A stretch of 64,000 nt of DNA from Dehalococcoidia bacterium (GCA_963663895.2 CAXXRD010000001.1:352001-416000), one strand, 5' to 3'; counted from the stretch's first letter, positions 40,855-51,562 are shown. The notes: generated from the letters alone by a model not told the origin. A program made the numbers and translations.

Positions 40855-42066
40855 TCAGGAAAGCCGCGCCGCGCCGAGGTCGACGCCGCGCCGCGCGAGC
40901 GCATCCTGCACGATGCTCATGTCCTTGTCGCCGCGTCCACTCAGGCAGAGCGCTATGCACGTGCCCGCATCGAGTGACGGCGCCAGCTTGGCAAGGTAGG
41001 CCAAGGCGTGGCTGGGCTCCAGCGCCGGCACAATCCCCTCCGTACGACTCAACAGCTGAAAGCCGTCGAGCGCCTCGTCGTCCGTGACGGCGACGTATTC
41101 GGCGCGCTCACGCAATTTGAGCCACGCGTGCTCCGGACCAACGCCCGGGTAGTCGAGACCGGCGGAAATACTGTGCGCCTCCTCGATCTGGCCGTCGGAA
41201 TCCTGCAGCAGATAGGAGCGCGTGCCATGAAGCACGCCCGGCCGGCCGAGCGTGAGGGTAGCCGCGTTGCGGCCATCAAGGCCTTCACCCGCCGCTTCGA
41301 CGCCGATCAGGCGTACATCGTCCTCGACGAAGGGATGAAACATGCCAATGGCATTGCTGCCCCCGCCCACGCAGGCGATCACGATATCGGGAAGGCGGCC
41401 GGTAGCGGTCCGTAGCTGCTCTCTGGTTTCGCGGCCGATGACGGTCTGTAGATCTCGCACGAGCGTAGGGTAGGGGTGGGGGCCAATAGCGCTCCCCAAA
41501 AGGTAGTACGTGTCACGCACGTTGGTAACCCAGTCGCGGATCGCCTCGTTGATCGCATCCTTGAGCGTGCGGGAGCCGGACTCGACCGCGCGCACTTCGG
41601 CGCCGAGGAGTCGCATGCGGAAGACGTTCAACGCCTGGCGGCGTACGTCCTCCGCACCCATGTAAACGACGCAGTGCAGACCGAAGCGAGCGCAAGCGGT
41701 CGCGGTCGCGACGCCATGCTGACCGGCGCCGGTCTCAGCGATGATCCGTTGCTTGCCCATGCGCTTGGCGAGCAGGGCCTGCCCAAGCGCATTGTTGATC
41801 TTGTGGGCGCCCGTGTGCGCCAGATCCTCACGTTTGAGATAGATCTGGGCGCCACCCAACTCCTCACTGAGGTGGGGAGCGTAGGTGAGGGGGGTGGGGC
41901 GGCCGGCATAGCTCCGAAGGATGGCGCCGAGCTCGCGTTGGTAGGCGGCGTCATTTTTGGCGGCGGCCCAAGCCTCTTCGAGTTCGGCGAGAGCCGGCAT
42001 CAGTACCTCCGGCACGAACTGGCCGCCGAAATCCCCGAAGCGACCGGGCAGCGCGCCCGCGGTCAC
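40855..42066 (-). CDS. trpB: Tryptophan synthase beta subunit
   Basis: [40 protein letters not shown]; GTG 42066. Confidence 0.97.
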   Translation of the reverse strand: MTAGALPGRFGDFGGQFVPEVLMPALAELEEAWAAAKNDAAYQRELGAILRSYAGRPTPLTYAPHLSEELGGAQIYLKREDLAHTGAHKINNALGQALLAKRMGKQRIIAETGAGQHGVATATACARFGLHCVVYMGAEDVRRQALNVFRMRLLGAEVRAVESGSRTLKDAINEAIRDWVTNVRDTYYLLGSAIGPHPYPTLVRDLQTVIGRETREQLRTATGRLPDIVIACVGGGSNAIGMFHPFVEDDVRLIGVEAAGEGLDGRNAATLTLGRPGVLHGTRSYLLQDSDGQIEEAHSISAGLDYPGVGPEHAWLKLRERAEYVAVTDDEALDGFQLLSRTEGIVPALEPSHALAYLAKLAPSLDAGTCIALCLSGRGDKDMSIVQDALARRGVDLGAARLS

Positions 42067-42773
42067 GACGGGTCTCGCATCGCCGCCGGCGCCCGCACGG
42101 CGGCCTGGATGAAGGCGGCGATCTCGGCTGGATCCTTGCGACCCGCGCGCTCGACGCCGGAGGAGACGTCGACAGCCCATGGACGGACTTGCGCGACGGC
42201 CGCCGCGACGTTCTCGGGCCCAAGACCGCCAGCGAGCATAAGCGGGCGCTGGGCGGCGACGGCCGCGGCAATACTCCAGTCGAAAGATCGGCCGGATCCA
42301 CCTCGGCGGGCGGCGTCCTGCGTGTCGAGCAGCGTGATGGTGGGCGGCAGGCGCCGCGCCTCCGCCAAGAGACGCTCGGAACTGTCCTCCGGCCCGACGT
42401 GCAGGACGCGGAGAACCGGCCGGTTAAGACGGCCGATCAGCGCCGGATGCTCGCCGCCGCTAAGCTGCACGAGGTCCAAGTCGGCGCCGACGGCGATGCG
42501 ATTAATCGCTTCGGGCGCCTGATCGGCGAAGACGCCCACGAGCAGCGGTCGACCCGCCGCCCTCCGTGCCGCGGTCACCGCGGAGGCTTCCGCATTGAGG
42601 ATGGGAATGCGCGGTCCAAGGCGGGCACGGATCGCGCGGGCCTGCTCCAGCGAAACGCGCCGGGGACTCTCGGCGAAGATCATTCCGACAAAGTCGGCGC
42701 CGCTTGCGACGGCAGCGTCGACATGGACGATCTCGCGCAGCCCGCAGATCTTGACGAGTGGCGGCTCACACAT
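42063..42773 (-). CDS. trpF: Phosphoribosylanthranilate isomerase
   Basis: [33 protein letters not shown]. Confidence 0.95.
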   Translation of the reverse strand: MCEPPLVKICGLREIVHVDAAVASGADFVGMIFAESPRRVSLEQARAIRARLGPRIPILNAEASAVTAARRAAGRPLLVGVFADQAPEAINRIAVGADLDLVQLSGGEHPALIGRLNRPVLRVLHVGPEDSSERLLAEARRLPPTITLLDTQDAARRGGSGRSFDWSIAAAVAAQRPLMLAGGLGPENVAAAVAQVRPWAVDVSSGVERAGRKDPAEIAAFIQAAVRAPAAMRDPS

Positions 42774-43611
42774 CAAAGAGCTCGCGAATCTTCGCGCGGG
42801 GATCGGGGGTAGTGGAGAGCGCCTCGCCCACCAGCACGCCCTGGACATCGCAGGCGCGCATCCGCACGACATCTGCGGCACTGCGCACGCCACTCGCGGC
42901 GACGAGCGGCACATCGTCTGGGATGAGCGGCCGGAGACGCTCGGTTGTGTGGAGATCTTCCTGAAAGGTATGGAGGTCGCGGTTATTAATCCCCAGAAGG
43001 CCGGCGCCTGCTTGCAAGGCGCTCACCGTCTCTGCCCCATCGGTGACTTCCACAAAGGCCGTCATGCCGAGCGCGGCGCCAACCCCGATCAGCTCGCGCA
43101 GTTGCTCCGTGTCGAGCGTCTTGGCGATCAAGAGGTAGGCGTCGGCACCAAGCGCACGCGCTTCGACGACTTGATAGGGGTCGATGTGGAAATCCTTACG
43201 CAGTAACGGCGGCGCGACAGACCCGCCGGCCCGTTCATCGGCGTGCAGCGCCTCGGCGACGCTCGATAGATCAGCGTCGCTGGCGAAGAAATAGCGGGAC
43301 GTGAGAACCGAAATGGCGACGGCGCCGGCGTCGCGATAGAGGCGGGCCGCCGCACTCGCGTCGAGGTGGGGCGCAAACTCGCCCTTGCTGGGGGAGCCGC
43401 GCTTCACCTCGGCGACCAGTCCGCCGCACACACCGGTGAGCGCGGCGCGGAGGTCGCGGGGGGGCGGGCGCTGCTCGGCAGCCCGTTCCAGCGCGGCGAG
43501 CGGGTGCGCCGCCTTGCGCGCCGGCAGCTCGCTCGCCAGGGCACGCGTGATACGCCGCAACACCGAATCGGCGGCGCTACCGGAAATCTCCGCCGCGGCC
43601 CGGTCAGTCAT
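42766..43611 (-). CDS. trpC: Indole-3-glycerol phosphate synthase
   Basis: AEVKRGSPSKG, LRKDF, GINNRDL, VLVGEAL. Confidence 0.95.
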   Translation of the reverse strand: MTDRAAAEISGSAADSVLRRITRALASELPARKAAHPLAALERAAEQRPPPRDLRAALTGVCGGLVAEVKRGSPSKGEFAPHLDASAAARLYRDAGAVAISVLTSRYFFASDADLSSVAEALHADERAGGSVAPPLLRKDFHIDPYQVVEARALGADAYLLIAKTLDTEQLRELIGVGAALGMTAFVEVTDGAETVSALQAGAGLLGINNRDLHTFQEDLHTTERLRPLIPDDVPLVAASGVRSAADVVRMRACDVQGVLVGEALSTTPDPRAKIRELFDV

Positions 43612-44650
43612 CAGTAACCGCCTGTGTCGCCTCCACGAAGCGCTCAAGCTTCCGTAAGGCGCGGCCGTCATCGATGCATTCGACGGCCCGGCTGATGCCC
43701 TCGGCAAACGTCGGCACCTCGTCGGCAGCGAGCAGGGCCGCGGCAGCGTTGAGCGCGACGAAGCCGTGCAGCGGTCCTCCGGAGCCGCTTAGGACACTGC
43801 GCATCGCAGCGGCGTTCGTGACCGCGTCTCCACCCAGCACGGAATCCAGCGGCACCTCGCGGATGTGAAAGTCGGACGGTTGGACGCGGTATGTCCGGAT
43901 CTGACCGGCCTGCAGCTCCCAGACTTGGGTAGGATCGCTCGGGCTCACTTCGTCGAGGCCTTCCAAGCCGTGGACCACCAGGGCGTGTACCGCATCAAGG
44001 CGCTGGAGGGTCGCCGCGATCTTGTCGCCGACCGCAGGCGAACCAACGCCGATCAGCTGGTGACGGGCGCCCGCCGGATTCGTCAGTGGACCCAGGAGAT
44101 TGAAAACCGTGCGAAAGCCGAGCGCGCGGCGTACGGGCGCGACGTGCTTCATGGCGGGATGCAGGGTTTGCGCGAACATGAAGCCGATACCGACGTCCCG
44201 CACCATGGCTGCGACGGCGGCCGGGGGAAGGTCCACGCGGGCGCCGAGCTCCTCAAGGACATCAGCGCTGCCGCAGGCGGATGACATGGCGCGGTTGCCG
44301 TGCTTCGCTACCGGCACGCCGCAGCCAGCCACCACGAAGGCGGCAGCAGTGCTGACGTTGAAGGTGCCCTTGGCGTCGCCGCCCGTGCCACAGGTATCCG
44401 CAATGCGCGAGAAACCATCGCCGAGATCCACACGCAGGGAGCGGGCGCGCATAGCCCTGGTGAATCCCACAAGCTCCTCGACGGTCTCACCTTTAAGTCG
44501 CAGGGCAGTGAGAAAGGCAGCCGCCTGAACAGGTGAGGCGCCGCCTGCCTCGGGGTCGGCCATGAGTTCTCCCATAGCAGCGGCCGCTTCGGCCTCGCTG
44601 AGGTCGCGATCCGCATCGATGATCGCCTCAAGCGCGGCTGTGATCTCCAT
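43604..44650 (-). CDS. trpD: Anthranilate phosphoribosyltransferase
   Basis: DTCGTGGD, FNVST, KHGNRAMSS, FNLLGPLTNP. Confidence 0.97.
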   Translation of the reverse strand: MEITAALEAIIDADRDLSEAEAAAAMGELMADPEAGGASPVQAAAFLTALRLKGETVEELVGFTRAMRARSLRVDLGDGFSRIADTCGTGGDAKGTFNVSTAAAFVVAGCGVPVAKHGNRAMSSACGSADVLEELGARVDLPPAAVAAMVRDVGIGFMFAQTLHPAMKHVAPVRRALGFRTVFNLLGPLTNPAGARHQLIGVGSPAVGDKIAATLQRLDAVHALVVHGLEGLDEVSPSDPTQVWELQAGQIRTYRVQPSDFHIREVPLDSVLGGDAVTNAAAMRSVLSGSGGPLHGFVALNAAAALLAADEVPTFAEGISRAVECIDDGRALRKLERFVEATQAVTDD

Positions 44651-44719
44651 CGCAAGCGTCTCCCTCTCTCGTTCGCTGCGGTCCCCGCCGGAACCAGCCA
44701 GCGGACCGTCGCCCGATCT

Positions 44720-45322
44720 TCATTCGCAAGGCTCGCCCGCCACTCCGCCCTCCCGCAGCGCGAGGAAGTTACGAAGCAGGTCGTGGCCGACCGCGGTCAT
44801 GATCGACTCTGGATGAAACTGTACGCCCTCCACCGCATGTCGGACGTGCCGCAGGCCCATCAACACCCCGCTCTCCGACCATGCCGTGGGAACGATCTCC
44901 TCGGGCAGCGTGGCCGGATCGACCGCGAGGCTGTGGTAGCGCGTGGCCTCAAAGGGATTCGGCAACCCCGCGTAGATGCCGACGCCATCGTGCTCGATCT
45001 GACTGGTCTTGCCGTGCTTGATCTCCCCAGCGCCGATGATTGCCGCGCCGTAGGCGGCACCGATGCACTGAAAGCCCAGGCAAACACCGAGGATCGGCAC
45101 GCGGCCGACGAAGCGCCGGATCAACTCCACGCTAATCCCCGCGTCCTTCGGGGTCTTGGGGCCGGGGGAGATCACGATCTGCGCGGGCGCCGAGGCTTCG
45201 ACCTCGTCCAGCGTAATCTGGTCGTTGCGATGCACGACAACGTCGGCGCCCAGCTCGCTGAGGTACTGGTAGAGGTTGTAGGTGAAGGAATCGTAGTTAT
45301 CGATCAGCAACACGTCCCGCAT
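44720..45322 (-). CDS. trpG: Anthranilate synthase component II (glutamine amidotransferase)
   Basis: IDNYDSFTYNL, SPGP, GVCLG, RYHSL, QFHPES. Confidence 0.96.
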   Translation of the reverse strand: MRDVLLIDNYDSFTYNLYQYLSELGADVVVHRNDQITLDEVEASAPAQIVISPGPKTPKDAGISVELIRRFVGRVPILGVCLGFQCIGAAYGAAIIGAGEIKHGKTSQIEHDGVGIYAGLPNPFEATRYHSLAVDPATLPEEIVPTAWSESGVLMGLRHVRHAVEGVQFHPESIMTAVGHDLLRNFLALREGGVAGEPCE

Positions 45323-46173
45323 TAGCCGTCTCCCCGCTCCTCAAGCGCGCCGAAGACCTCGCGCGCGGCACGCAGTGCGGCCCGGCCGGCCGGCCAACCG
45401 GCATAGGGCAAGAGTTGGCCGAACACCTCCTCGATCTCATCCCGGGTAGCGCCGTGGTGAAGGGCGCCTTGGATCTGGTCTCGCAGATCCTCGTCGCGCC
45501 CAAGCACGGCCACGGCCGCGATAGTGACCAGGCTGCGCTCGCGGCGGGAGAGCTGCGGCCGCGACCACACTTCACCGTGAACGTAGTTGACGGCCAGCGA
45601 GGCGAAGCGCCCCAGCGCGGCCTCGATCGGAGCGGTTACCGCTTCGTCGCTGGCGTCGCTCGCGAAGCCGTGCATGGCGCGCAGAACGTCGAGACCGTCG
45701 CGGCGGCGCCGGGCGTCGTCCTTGCGAGCGGCGGGTGCACGCGGTGGCGAGAGCACATCACCGTCGATCGCTCGAAAAAGCGCCTGGACCTCGCGCAAGG
45801 CGGCGATAGCGCGGGGGAAGCCGGTGTAGACGGAGAGATGCACGAGCACCTCCTCCACCTCCTCGCGCTGCATACCGTGGTTGAGCGCACCGCGCGCGTG
45901 GACACGCACCTCCATCGGCTGCCCGCCCAGCGTCGTAAGCGCGGCCAATACCACCATGCTGCGATCACGCCGGGACAACTGGGGACGTGCCCAGATCTCG
46001 CCCATGGCGAAATCGCAGGCGAAACTGCCCATGGCTCCCCACGTGCGCTCCGTGTTCTCGGCGCCCGCCTGTACATCCTCCACACGGCCCGCGCGCAACG
46101 TATGCATCACATCCAGAGCCCGCGCGCGGCGCGCGGCCTGAGTCGCCGTGTCTTCGGCTGCTTGATCCGTCAC
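45322..46173 (-). CDS. Tandem carboxymuconolactone decarboxylase (CMD/AhpD-like) family protein inserted between trpE and trpG
   Basis: Two repeats GE(I/V)W.RPQLSRR.RS...GAL.HG...Y.G(F/W)P; GTGA overlap with trpE stop, TAATG overlap with trpG start. Confidence 0.85.
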   Translation of the reverse strand: MTDQAAEDTATQAARRARALDVMHTLRAGRVEDVQAGAENTERTWGAMGSFACDFAMGEIWARPQLSRRDRSMVVLAALTTLGGQPMEVRVHARGALNHGMQREEVEEVLVHLSVYTGFPRAIAALREVQALFRAIDGDVLSPPRAPAARKDDARRRRDGLDVLRAMHGFASDASDEAVTAPIEAALGRFASLAVNYVHGEVWSRPQLSRRERSLVTIAAVAVLGRDEDLRDQIQGALHHGATRDEIEEVFGQLLPYAGWPAGRAALRAAREVFGALEERGDG

Positions 46174-47669
46174 GATCCGCTCCTCTCGGCCTCCCTGGAA
46201 GTCCCGCTTCCCCGGTGCTGCTCACGGCTGCGCACCTCGGCGACATCCAACGCTTGCACCAGCGCCATCGCTTTATTGACGGACTCCTGATATTCCGCAG
46301 CAGGGTCGCTGTCGCAGACGATGCCACCTCCCGCCTGCACGGAGGCGAGACCATCCTGCATAACGATCGTGCGGATGGTGATCGCAGTCTCCATGTTGCC
46401 CCCGAACCCAAAGTAGCCCAAGGCACCGGCGTAGGGACCACGTTGATCCGGCTCGAGCTCCGCGATGATCTCCATCGCCCGGATCTTCGGCGCGCCGGAG
46501 ACGGTGCCGGCGGGGAAAGCGGCCCGGAGCGCGTCGTAGCAGGTCACGCCAGGCCGGACCGTCCCGTCAACGTGGGAGACCATGTGCATCACATGGCTGT
46601 AGCGCTCCACATCCATCATCTGCGCGACCCGCACGGAGCCGGGGACACTAAGACGGCCAATGTCGTTCCGCCCCAGGTCAAGCAGCATGAGATGCTCGGC
46701 GCGCTCCTTCTCGTCAGCAAGCAGTTCCGCCTCCAGCCGTCGGTCCTCCGCCGGGGTCGCGCCACGGCGCCGGGTGCCGGCGATGGGATGCGTTGCGACT
46801 CGGCCCTCCTCGACAATGACCAAAAGCTCCGGCGAAGTCCCGACGATCTGATGGTCGCCCATCTCCAAGTAGTAGGTGTACGGCGAGGGATTGATCGTGC
46901 GGAGCGTGCGATACACGTTGAAGGGATGCACGAACGTCGGACGGGAGAAGCGCTGTGAGTAGACGCACTGGACGACGTCGCCAGCATAGATGTACTCAAT
47001 GATGCGCTCGACGCTGGCCTCATAAGCGGCGCGCTCCATGTTGGAAACCACGACGCCGGGGGACTCGCCGTCCAACTGGTCAACGGGCAACGAAGGCGGC
47101 CCCTGCCCAAGCCGCGCGACCAACCCGTCGATCTGGGCCTGGGCGCGGCCGTAGGCGGCCTCAATATCCCCATCAAGCCGGACGTGTCCAACCACCTTGA
47201 TGACGTGCTTCAGGTGATCGAAGACGAGCAGCGCATCGACGAACTGGAAGAACGCTTCCGGGAGGCCCAGGGCGTCGCGCGCGGCCGACGGCACCCGCGG
47301 CTCGAAGTGCCGCACCACCTCGTAGCCGAGGTAGCCCACGGCGCCTCCGTGGAAGGGGGGCAAGTTGGGGTTGGGTATCAACTGGAAGCGATTGAGCTTC
47401 GCTTGCAGGGCGACGAGGGGATCGCGAGCGGTGGGGCCGCCCTCGGCGCGGAGCACGTCGTACGGCTCGGTACCGATGAAGGAGTAGCGCGCCGGGCGCT
47501 CGCCTCCCTCGATCGACTCGAGCAGAAACGAGTAGGCGTCGCGCTTGACCTTGAGAAAGGCGGAGACAGGCGTCTCGAGATCGGCCAACACCTCTCGATA
47601 GATCGGGACGAGGTTACCCCGCCCGCTGGCGGCCAGCAGTCGAACTTCGTCGAGTGAGGGATAGTACAT
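46170..47669 (-). CDS. trpE: Anthranilate synthase component I
   Basis: FLLES, NPSPY, HPIAGTRRRG, EHLMLLDLGRND, FPAGTVSGAPK; ATG 47669. Confidence 0.97.
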   Translation of the reverse strand: MYYPSLDEVRLLAASGRGNLVPIYREVLADLETPVSAFLKVKRDAYSFLLESIEGGERPARYSFIGTEPYDVLRAEGGPTARDPLVALQAKLNRFQLIPNPNLPPFHGGAVGYLGYEVVRHFEPRVPSAARDALGLPEAFFQFVDALLVFDHLKHVIKVVGHVRLDGDIEAAYGRAQAQIDGLVARLGQGPPSLPVDQLDGESPGVVVSNMERAAYEASVERIIEYIYAGDVVQCVYSQRFSRPTFVHPFNVYRTLRTINPSPYTYYLEMGDHQIVGTSPELLVIVEEGRVATHPIAGTRRRGATPAEDRRLEAELLADEKERAEHLMLLDLGRNDIGRLSVPGSVRVAQMMDVERYSHVMHMVSHVDGTVRPGVTCYDALRAAFPAGTVSGAPKIRAMEIIAELEPDQRGPYAGALGYFGFGGNMETAITIRTIVMQDGLASVQAGGGIVCDSDPAAEYQESVNKAMALVQALDVAEVRSREQHRGSGTSREAERSGS

Positions 47670-47702
47670 CGATCGCTCCGCGTGCGCTGATCGCCTTAAA
47701 CG

Positions 47703-47729
47703 AAAAATCCCGCCCTTGAAGGGGCGGGA
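47703..47729 (-). terminator. Intrinsic terminator of the T-box leader
   Basis: Minus strand TCCCGCCCC-TTCA-AGGGCGGGA-TTTTT. Confidence 0.85.
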
Positions 47730-47972
47730 AACCCGCGGTGCCACCCTTCTTCCCAGCCCAGCGGCCGGGCGCTTTGCCAGGACGGAGCCCAAGCTCGATC
47801 CCGCCGGCGATGATCACGGCGCCGTGCCGGCTACGCCTACTTGCGTCATCCGAAGACAACCGTTCGGGCAGCGACTCCCGGGCCCATTCCCCTGGCGCGC
47901 AACCACCGGCCTCGCACCTTTCGCCGGCTCTCTGCAGGTCCGCCTACCCGGGTACTCCTCCCGTTCGCAGTC
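47703..47972 (-). promoter_or_regulatory. Trp-specific T-box riboswitch (transcriptional antitermination)
   Basis: T-box AAGGGTGGCACCGCG (47748-47734); stem I elements GAGTA, AGAGAG, GGTGCGA; specifier GAA-TGG with UGG at 47886-47884; terminator overlaps antiterminator. Confidence 0.93.
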
Positions 47973-48001
47973 TTTGCGCTTCGCTATTTAGTTATGGATC
48001 G

Positions 48002-48031
48002 ACGGTAAGCGCGCGCTGAAGCCGATGTCAA
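48002..48031 (-). promoter_or_regulatory. Sigma70 promoter of the trp T-box leader
   Basis: TTGACA (48031-48026), 18-bp spacer, TACCGT (48007-48002). Confidence 0.65.
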
Positions 48032-48076
48032 CCAAGTGCTCTCAAGTGATCTGTAGTCCAAGCGCCATCGCGGGCG

Positions 48077-48682
48077 CTACACCACGGGGTGGGGACGATC
48101 CGGCCGCTCGCGCTCCCGCTGCAGGATGCCCAGCACCTCATCAATGGCTGCAGCTTCGGCGCCTTCATGATTGACGACTACAGAGTCGAACTCCACCGCG
48201 GCGGCCATCTCCGATCGGGCGTGAGAGAGCCGCTGTCGAATGTCGTCCTCCGAGACATCGCCACGGGCGCGCAGGCGGCGTTCGAGCGTCGCCAAGTCGG
48301 GGACGGTGACGAAGATGAGGAGGGCGCCGGGCACACGACGGCGCAGGCTGCGCGCGCCCTGTAAGTCCGTACGCGCCACGACGGTTGCGCCACGCGCCAG
48401 CGCCTGCCGGACGGGCGCCCGCAAGACCCCACTGCGGTGGCCGTAGACCTCCGCGTACTCCAAGAACTCCCCGGCCTCGACCAGCGCCTCAAACTCACTC
48501 TCGCTCAGAAAGTGATGGTGCATGCCATCCTCTTCACCGGGGCGGCGGGGCCGGGTCTTAGCGGTGACCACGCCGTGGACGCGATCGTCGCGGGCGAGGA
48601 GGCCGCGCAACAGCGTGTCTTTTCCAGCGCCGGACGGCCCGGAGAGCACGACGAAGAGAGAACGCTCAGTCACTTGCGTCAT
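48077..48682 (-). CDS. gmk: Guanylate kinase
   Basis: SGPSGAGKDT, TRPRRPGE, EYAEVYG, LRARG. Confidence 0.95.
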   Translation of the reverse strand: MTQVTERSLFVVLSGPSGAGKDTLLRGLLARDDRVHGVVTAKTRPRRPGEEDGMHHHFLSESEFEALVEAGEFLEYAEVYGHRSGVLRAPVRQALARGATVVARTDLQGARSLRRRVPGALLIFVTVPDLATLERRLRARGDVSEDDIRQRLSHARSEMAAAVEFDSVVVNHEGAEAAAIDEVLGILQRERERPDRPHPVV

Positions 48683-48950
48683 CGTCGGCCAGAGCAGGCC
48701 ACGCGGCCGGCCCGCTGCCCACGCGACGGGCGATCGTTCCCGGAGCGATCGCCGCCAAGGCGACGTGACCGCTATCCAGAACGAGCACGGCCTTCGTGCG
48801 GCGCCCCCCAGTGAGATCGATGATCTGTCCCACCGCTTTGCGCTCTTGTACCAATCGCTTGATAGGCGCCGCCCCGGGCGAGGCGATCGCGACGATCCGG
48901 CCGGCGGCGAGCATGCTGCCGAAACCCACGTGGACCAACTCCGTGCTCAC
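48666..48950 (-). CDS. remA: RemA/DUF370-family regulator
   Basis: VHVGFG, SPGAAPIKRL, IDLTGGRRTKAVLVLDSGHV; conserved position upstream of gmk. Confidence 0.88.
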   Translation of the reverse strand: MSTELVHVGFGSMLAAGRIVAIASPGAAPIKRLVQERKAVGQIIDLTGGRRTKAVLVLDSGHVALAAIAPGTIARRVGSGPAAWPALADDDASD

Positions 48951-48985
48951 CACACACTCCAAGTCCCGTGACTGGATGGAGAAGC

Positions 48986-50278
48986 TCAGCCAGCAGCGTG
49001 GCTCAGCCGTTCCAAGTCGGACCAGAAAGCAGGATAGGAGACAGCCACGGCGGTGTCGCCGCGGATCTCGCTTTCGTCGCGCGCGCCGAGGGCGGCGACG
49101 GCGAGCGCCATGGCGAGCCGGTGATCGCCGTAAGAATCGAGGGGAGCGCCGCGCAGACGTCCGTCACCGACGATCTGGAGGCCGTCCGGACGCTCCTCAA
49201 CGGCAACACCCAGCGCCCGAAGACCCGCGGCGGTCGTCGCGATGCGGTCGGATTCCTTGACGCGGAGCTCGGCGGCCTCACGGATCTCCGTGGTCCCTTG
49301 CGCGTAGGCGGCGGCGGCGGCAAGGACGGGCAGCTCGTCGATGGCGCGCGCGGCGAGATCACCCGCGATCTCGGTGCCGGAGAGCCGTGCGGAGCGGACG
49401 CGCAGATCACCCACCGCCTCCCCTGCCACGCTGCGCCGCGCGCTCACCTCGATATCGGCGCCCATGGCCCAGAGCGCATCCAGCACGCCGGTGCGCGTCG
49501 GGTTGAGCCCAACGCCCGGGAGGAACAGCTCCGACTCCGGAAGAATGCTCGCGGCGACGAGCCAGAAGGCAGCGGCGCTGACATCCCCAGCGACGGCGAC
49601 ATCGACGGGGGTCAGCGCACCGGGGGCGAGGCGCAGGTGCGGCGGATCGATATCGAGCGGGGCCCCCATCGCCCGCAGCATGATTTCGGTGTGGTCGCGG
49701 GTCGGCGCGATCTCCTCAAGTTCGCTCGGACCGTCGGCCGCCAAGGCGGCGAGCAGCAGCGCACTCTTCACTTGCGCGCTCGCGACCTGCAAGCGCCCGC
49801 GGAAGGGAATGAGCGAGCCACCCTCGATCACCAGCGGCGCGAAGCGGTCCTCAGCGCGCCCCGCGCAGCGTGCGCCCATCGCGGCGAGCGGTTGCAGCAC
49901 GCGGTCCATCGGACGACGGCGGAGGGAGGCGTCGCCGTCCAGCTCGACGCGGCCGGCCAATCCGGCGGCGACGCCGGCGAGCAGGCGCATCGTCGTGCCA
50001 CTGTTGCCACAGTCGATCGGGTCGACGGGCGGGCGCAGCGCGCCACGTCCAGGGCTGTCGATGCGCAGCGTCTCATCGCTCTCGAATGCGCAGGTGACGC
50101 CGAGAGCCCGCATCGCGGCCACCGAGGCGAGCGTGTCGGCGCCGCGGGCAAAGCCGGTCACCCGTCCCGTGCCGCGCGCGAGACCGTTGAGAATCACCGC
50201 ACGGTGCGAGATCGACTTGTCGCCGGGGACGCGCACGGTCCCTCGGACTGCGGATGCGGGCAGAAGCCGGCGGGTCAT
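48986..50278 (-). CDS. aroA: EPSP synthase
   Basis: PGDKSISHR, CGNSGTTMR, SAQVKS, RDHTE, ELRVKESDR, DHRLAM. Confidence 0.97.
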   Translation of the reverse strand: MTRRLLPASAVRGTVRVPGDKSISHRAVILNGLARGTGRVTGFARGADTLASVAAMRALGVTCAFESDETLRIDSPGRGALRPPVDPIDCGNSGTTMRLLAGVAAGLAGRVELDGDASLRRRPMDRVLQPLAAMGARCAGRAEDRFAPLVIEGGSLIPFRGRLQVASAQVKSALLLAALAADGPSELEEIAPTRDHTEIMLRAMGAPLDIDPPHLRLAPGALTPVDVAVAGDVSAAAFWLVAASILPESELFLPGVGLNPTRTGVLDALWAMGADIEVSARRSVAGEAVGDLRVRSARLSGTEIAGDLAARAIDELPVLAAAAAYAQGTTEIREAAELRVKESDRIATTAAGLRALGVAVEERPDGLQIVGDGRLRGAPLDSYGDHRLAMALAVAALGARDESEIRGDTAVAVSYPAFWSDLERLSHAAG

Positions 50279-50286
50279 GCCTGCAG

Positions 50287-51300
50287 TCAGCGGTCGGTCG
50301 AAGCCGGCCGGCCGGCCTTGGTCCGTCCCGACGCGCCGGCCAAGTCGCGGAGCCGCTCGTAGAGACGGCCGCCGAGCAGCAGCGTGCCGAGACTGCCGGC
50401 GATCGTGGGGCGCTCGATCGGATCGGGAGCCGCCATGCGAGCGGACGGGCCGCGGACGAAGTCCACGCGGTCGCGCTGCGCCGTCTCGAACTCTTCGAGC
50501 AGGGCCTCCGGGGAGCCCTCCAACAGATCGCGGAGACGCTGCAGCTCGTCGATGTAGCGGTCGATCCAAGCGCGCAGATTGTCGCTGTTGGTCGCACAGA
50601 TCCCGACGGACATCTGGGGGTCGCCGGCGGCGAGGCGGGTCAGATCGCGATAGGCGGGCCCCGCCACCCGGGCGAAGTCGTTCCAGCCGGCACTGCGGCG
50701 CAGCAACGTGAACAGCGCGGTCGACGCGACCAGCGGCAGGTGGCTCACGGCGCCGACGAGCTGGTCATGCTCCACGGCGCCGATGAACAGCGGATCCCCG
50801 CCCACGCGCTCGACGAGGCCGACAACCGCAGACACCGCCGCCTCGGAGGCTGCGTCGGCCGGCACCAAGACATAGGGGCGGCCGCGAAAGAGCGTGGCCT
50901 CGGCGTTGCCGATCCCCTGGTCGCTCTTGCCTGCCATGGGATGCCCGCCCACGAACGCAACGGAGGCGGGCAGATGCCGCTCGGCCCAGCGCAGCACTTG
51001 GCTCTTCGTAGAGGCAGTGTCCGTGACAACCGCGCCTGCGGCCAAGCGCGGCGCGATGGCATGGAAGACGCCCTCGACGGAGATGGGCGGTACGGCGACG
51101 ATCACGAGCTCGGCGCCGGCGACGGCCTCGTCCAGGCCGGTGACCGTGCGATCGACGGCGCCGGCACCTTTCGCCGCCGCCATGACGGAAGCGTCCGCGT
51201 CGAAGCCGACCAACTCGCAGTCGGTGCCACCGCCCTGCTTGAGCGCGAGGCCGATCGAGCCACCGATCAGGCCGAGACCGATGATGCTAATGCGGGTCAT
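50287..51300 (-). CDS. tyrA: Prephenate/arogenate dehydrogenase
   Basis: GLGLIGGS, DTASTK, GGHPMAG, HDQLVGAVSHLP, RDLTRLA. Confidence 0.93.
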   Translation of the reverse strand: MTRISIIGLGLIGGSIGLALKQGGGTDCELVGFDADASVMAAAKGAGAVDRTVTGLDEAVAGAELVIVAVPPISVEGVFHAIAPRLAAGAVVTDTASTKSQVLRWAERHLPASVAFVGGHPMAGKSDQGIGNAEATLFRGRPYVLVPADAASEAAVSAVVGLVERVGGDPLFIGAVEHDQLVGAVSHLPLVASTALFTLLRRSAGWNDFARVAGPAYRDLTRLAAGDPQMSVGICATNSDNLRAWIDRYIDELQRLRDLLEGSPEALLEEFETAQRDRVDFVRGPSARMAAPDPIERPTIAGSLGTLLLGGRLYERLRDLAGASGRTKAGRPASTDR

Positions 51301-51562
51301 AGGCACTGTTTGCTCGGGAACGTCCCAACAGGATGAGCGGCGCTCCTGCCGTCACGTGCAAGCGGCCCGGCAATCCAAGCGCGGAGGCAACACCCGGAAG
51401 AATCGCTGCGCTCGAATCGTAGCATCGCGCTTACGAACACTCACCACGTGCCGCTGCGCCACCGGCCGTGTCGTTTCTCCTCGCAGGGACCGCTGATACA
51501 GTGTAGGTCCCCTTGATAGATGCGATAGACGCCGGATGGAGCGGGGACGTGGGAGAGGCGCT

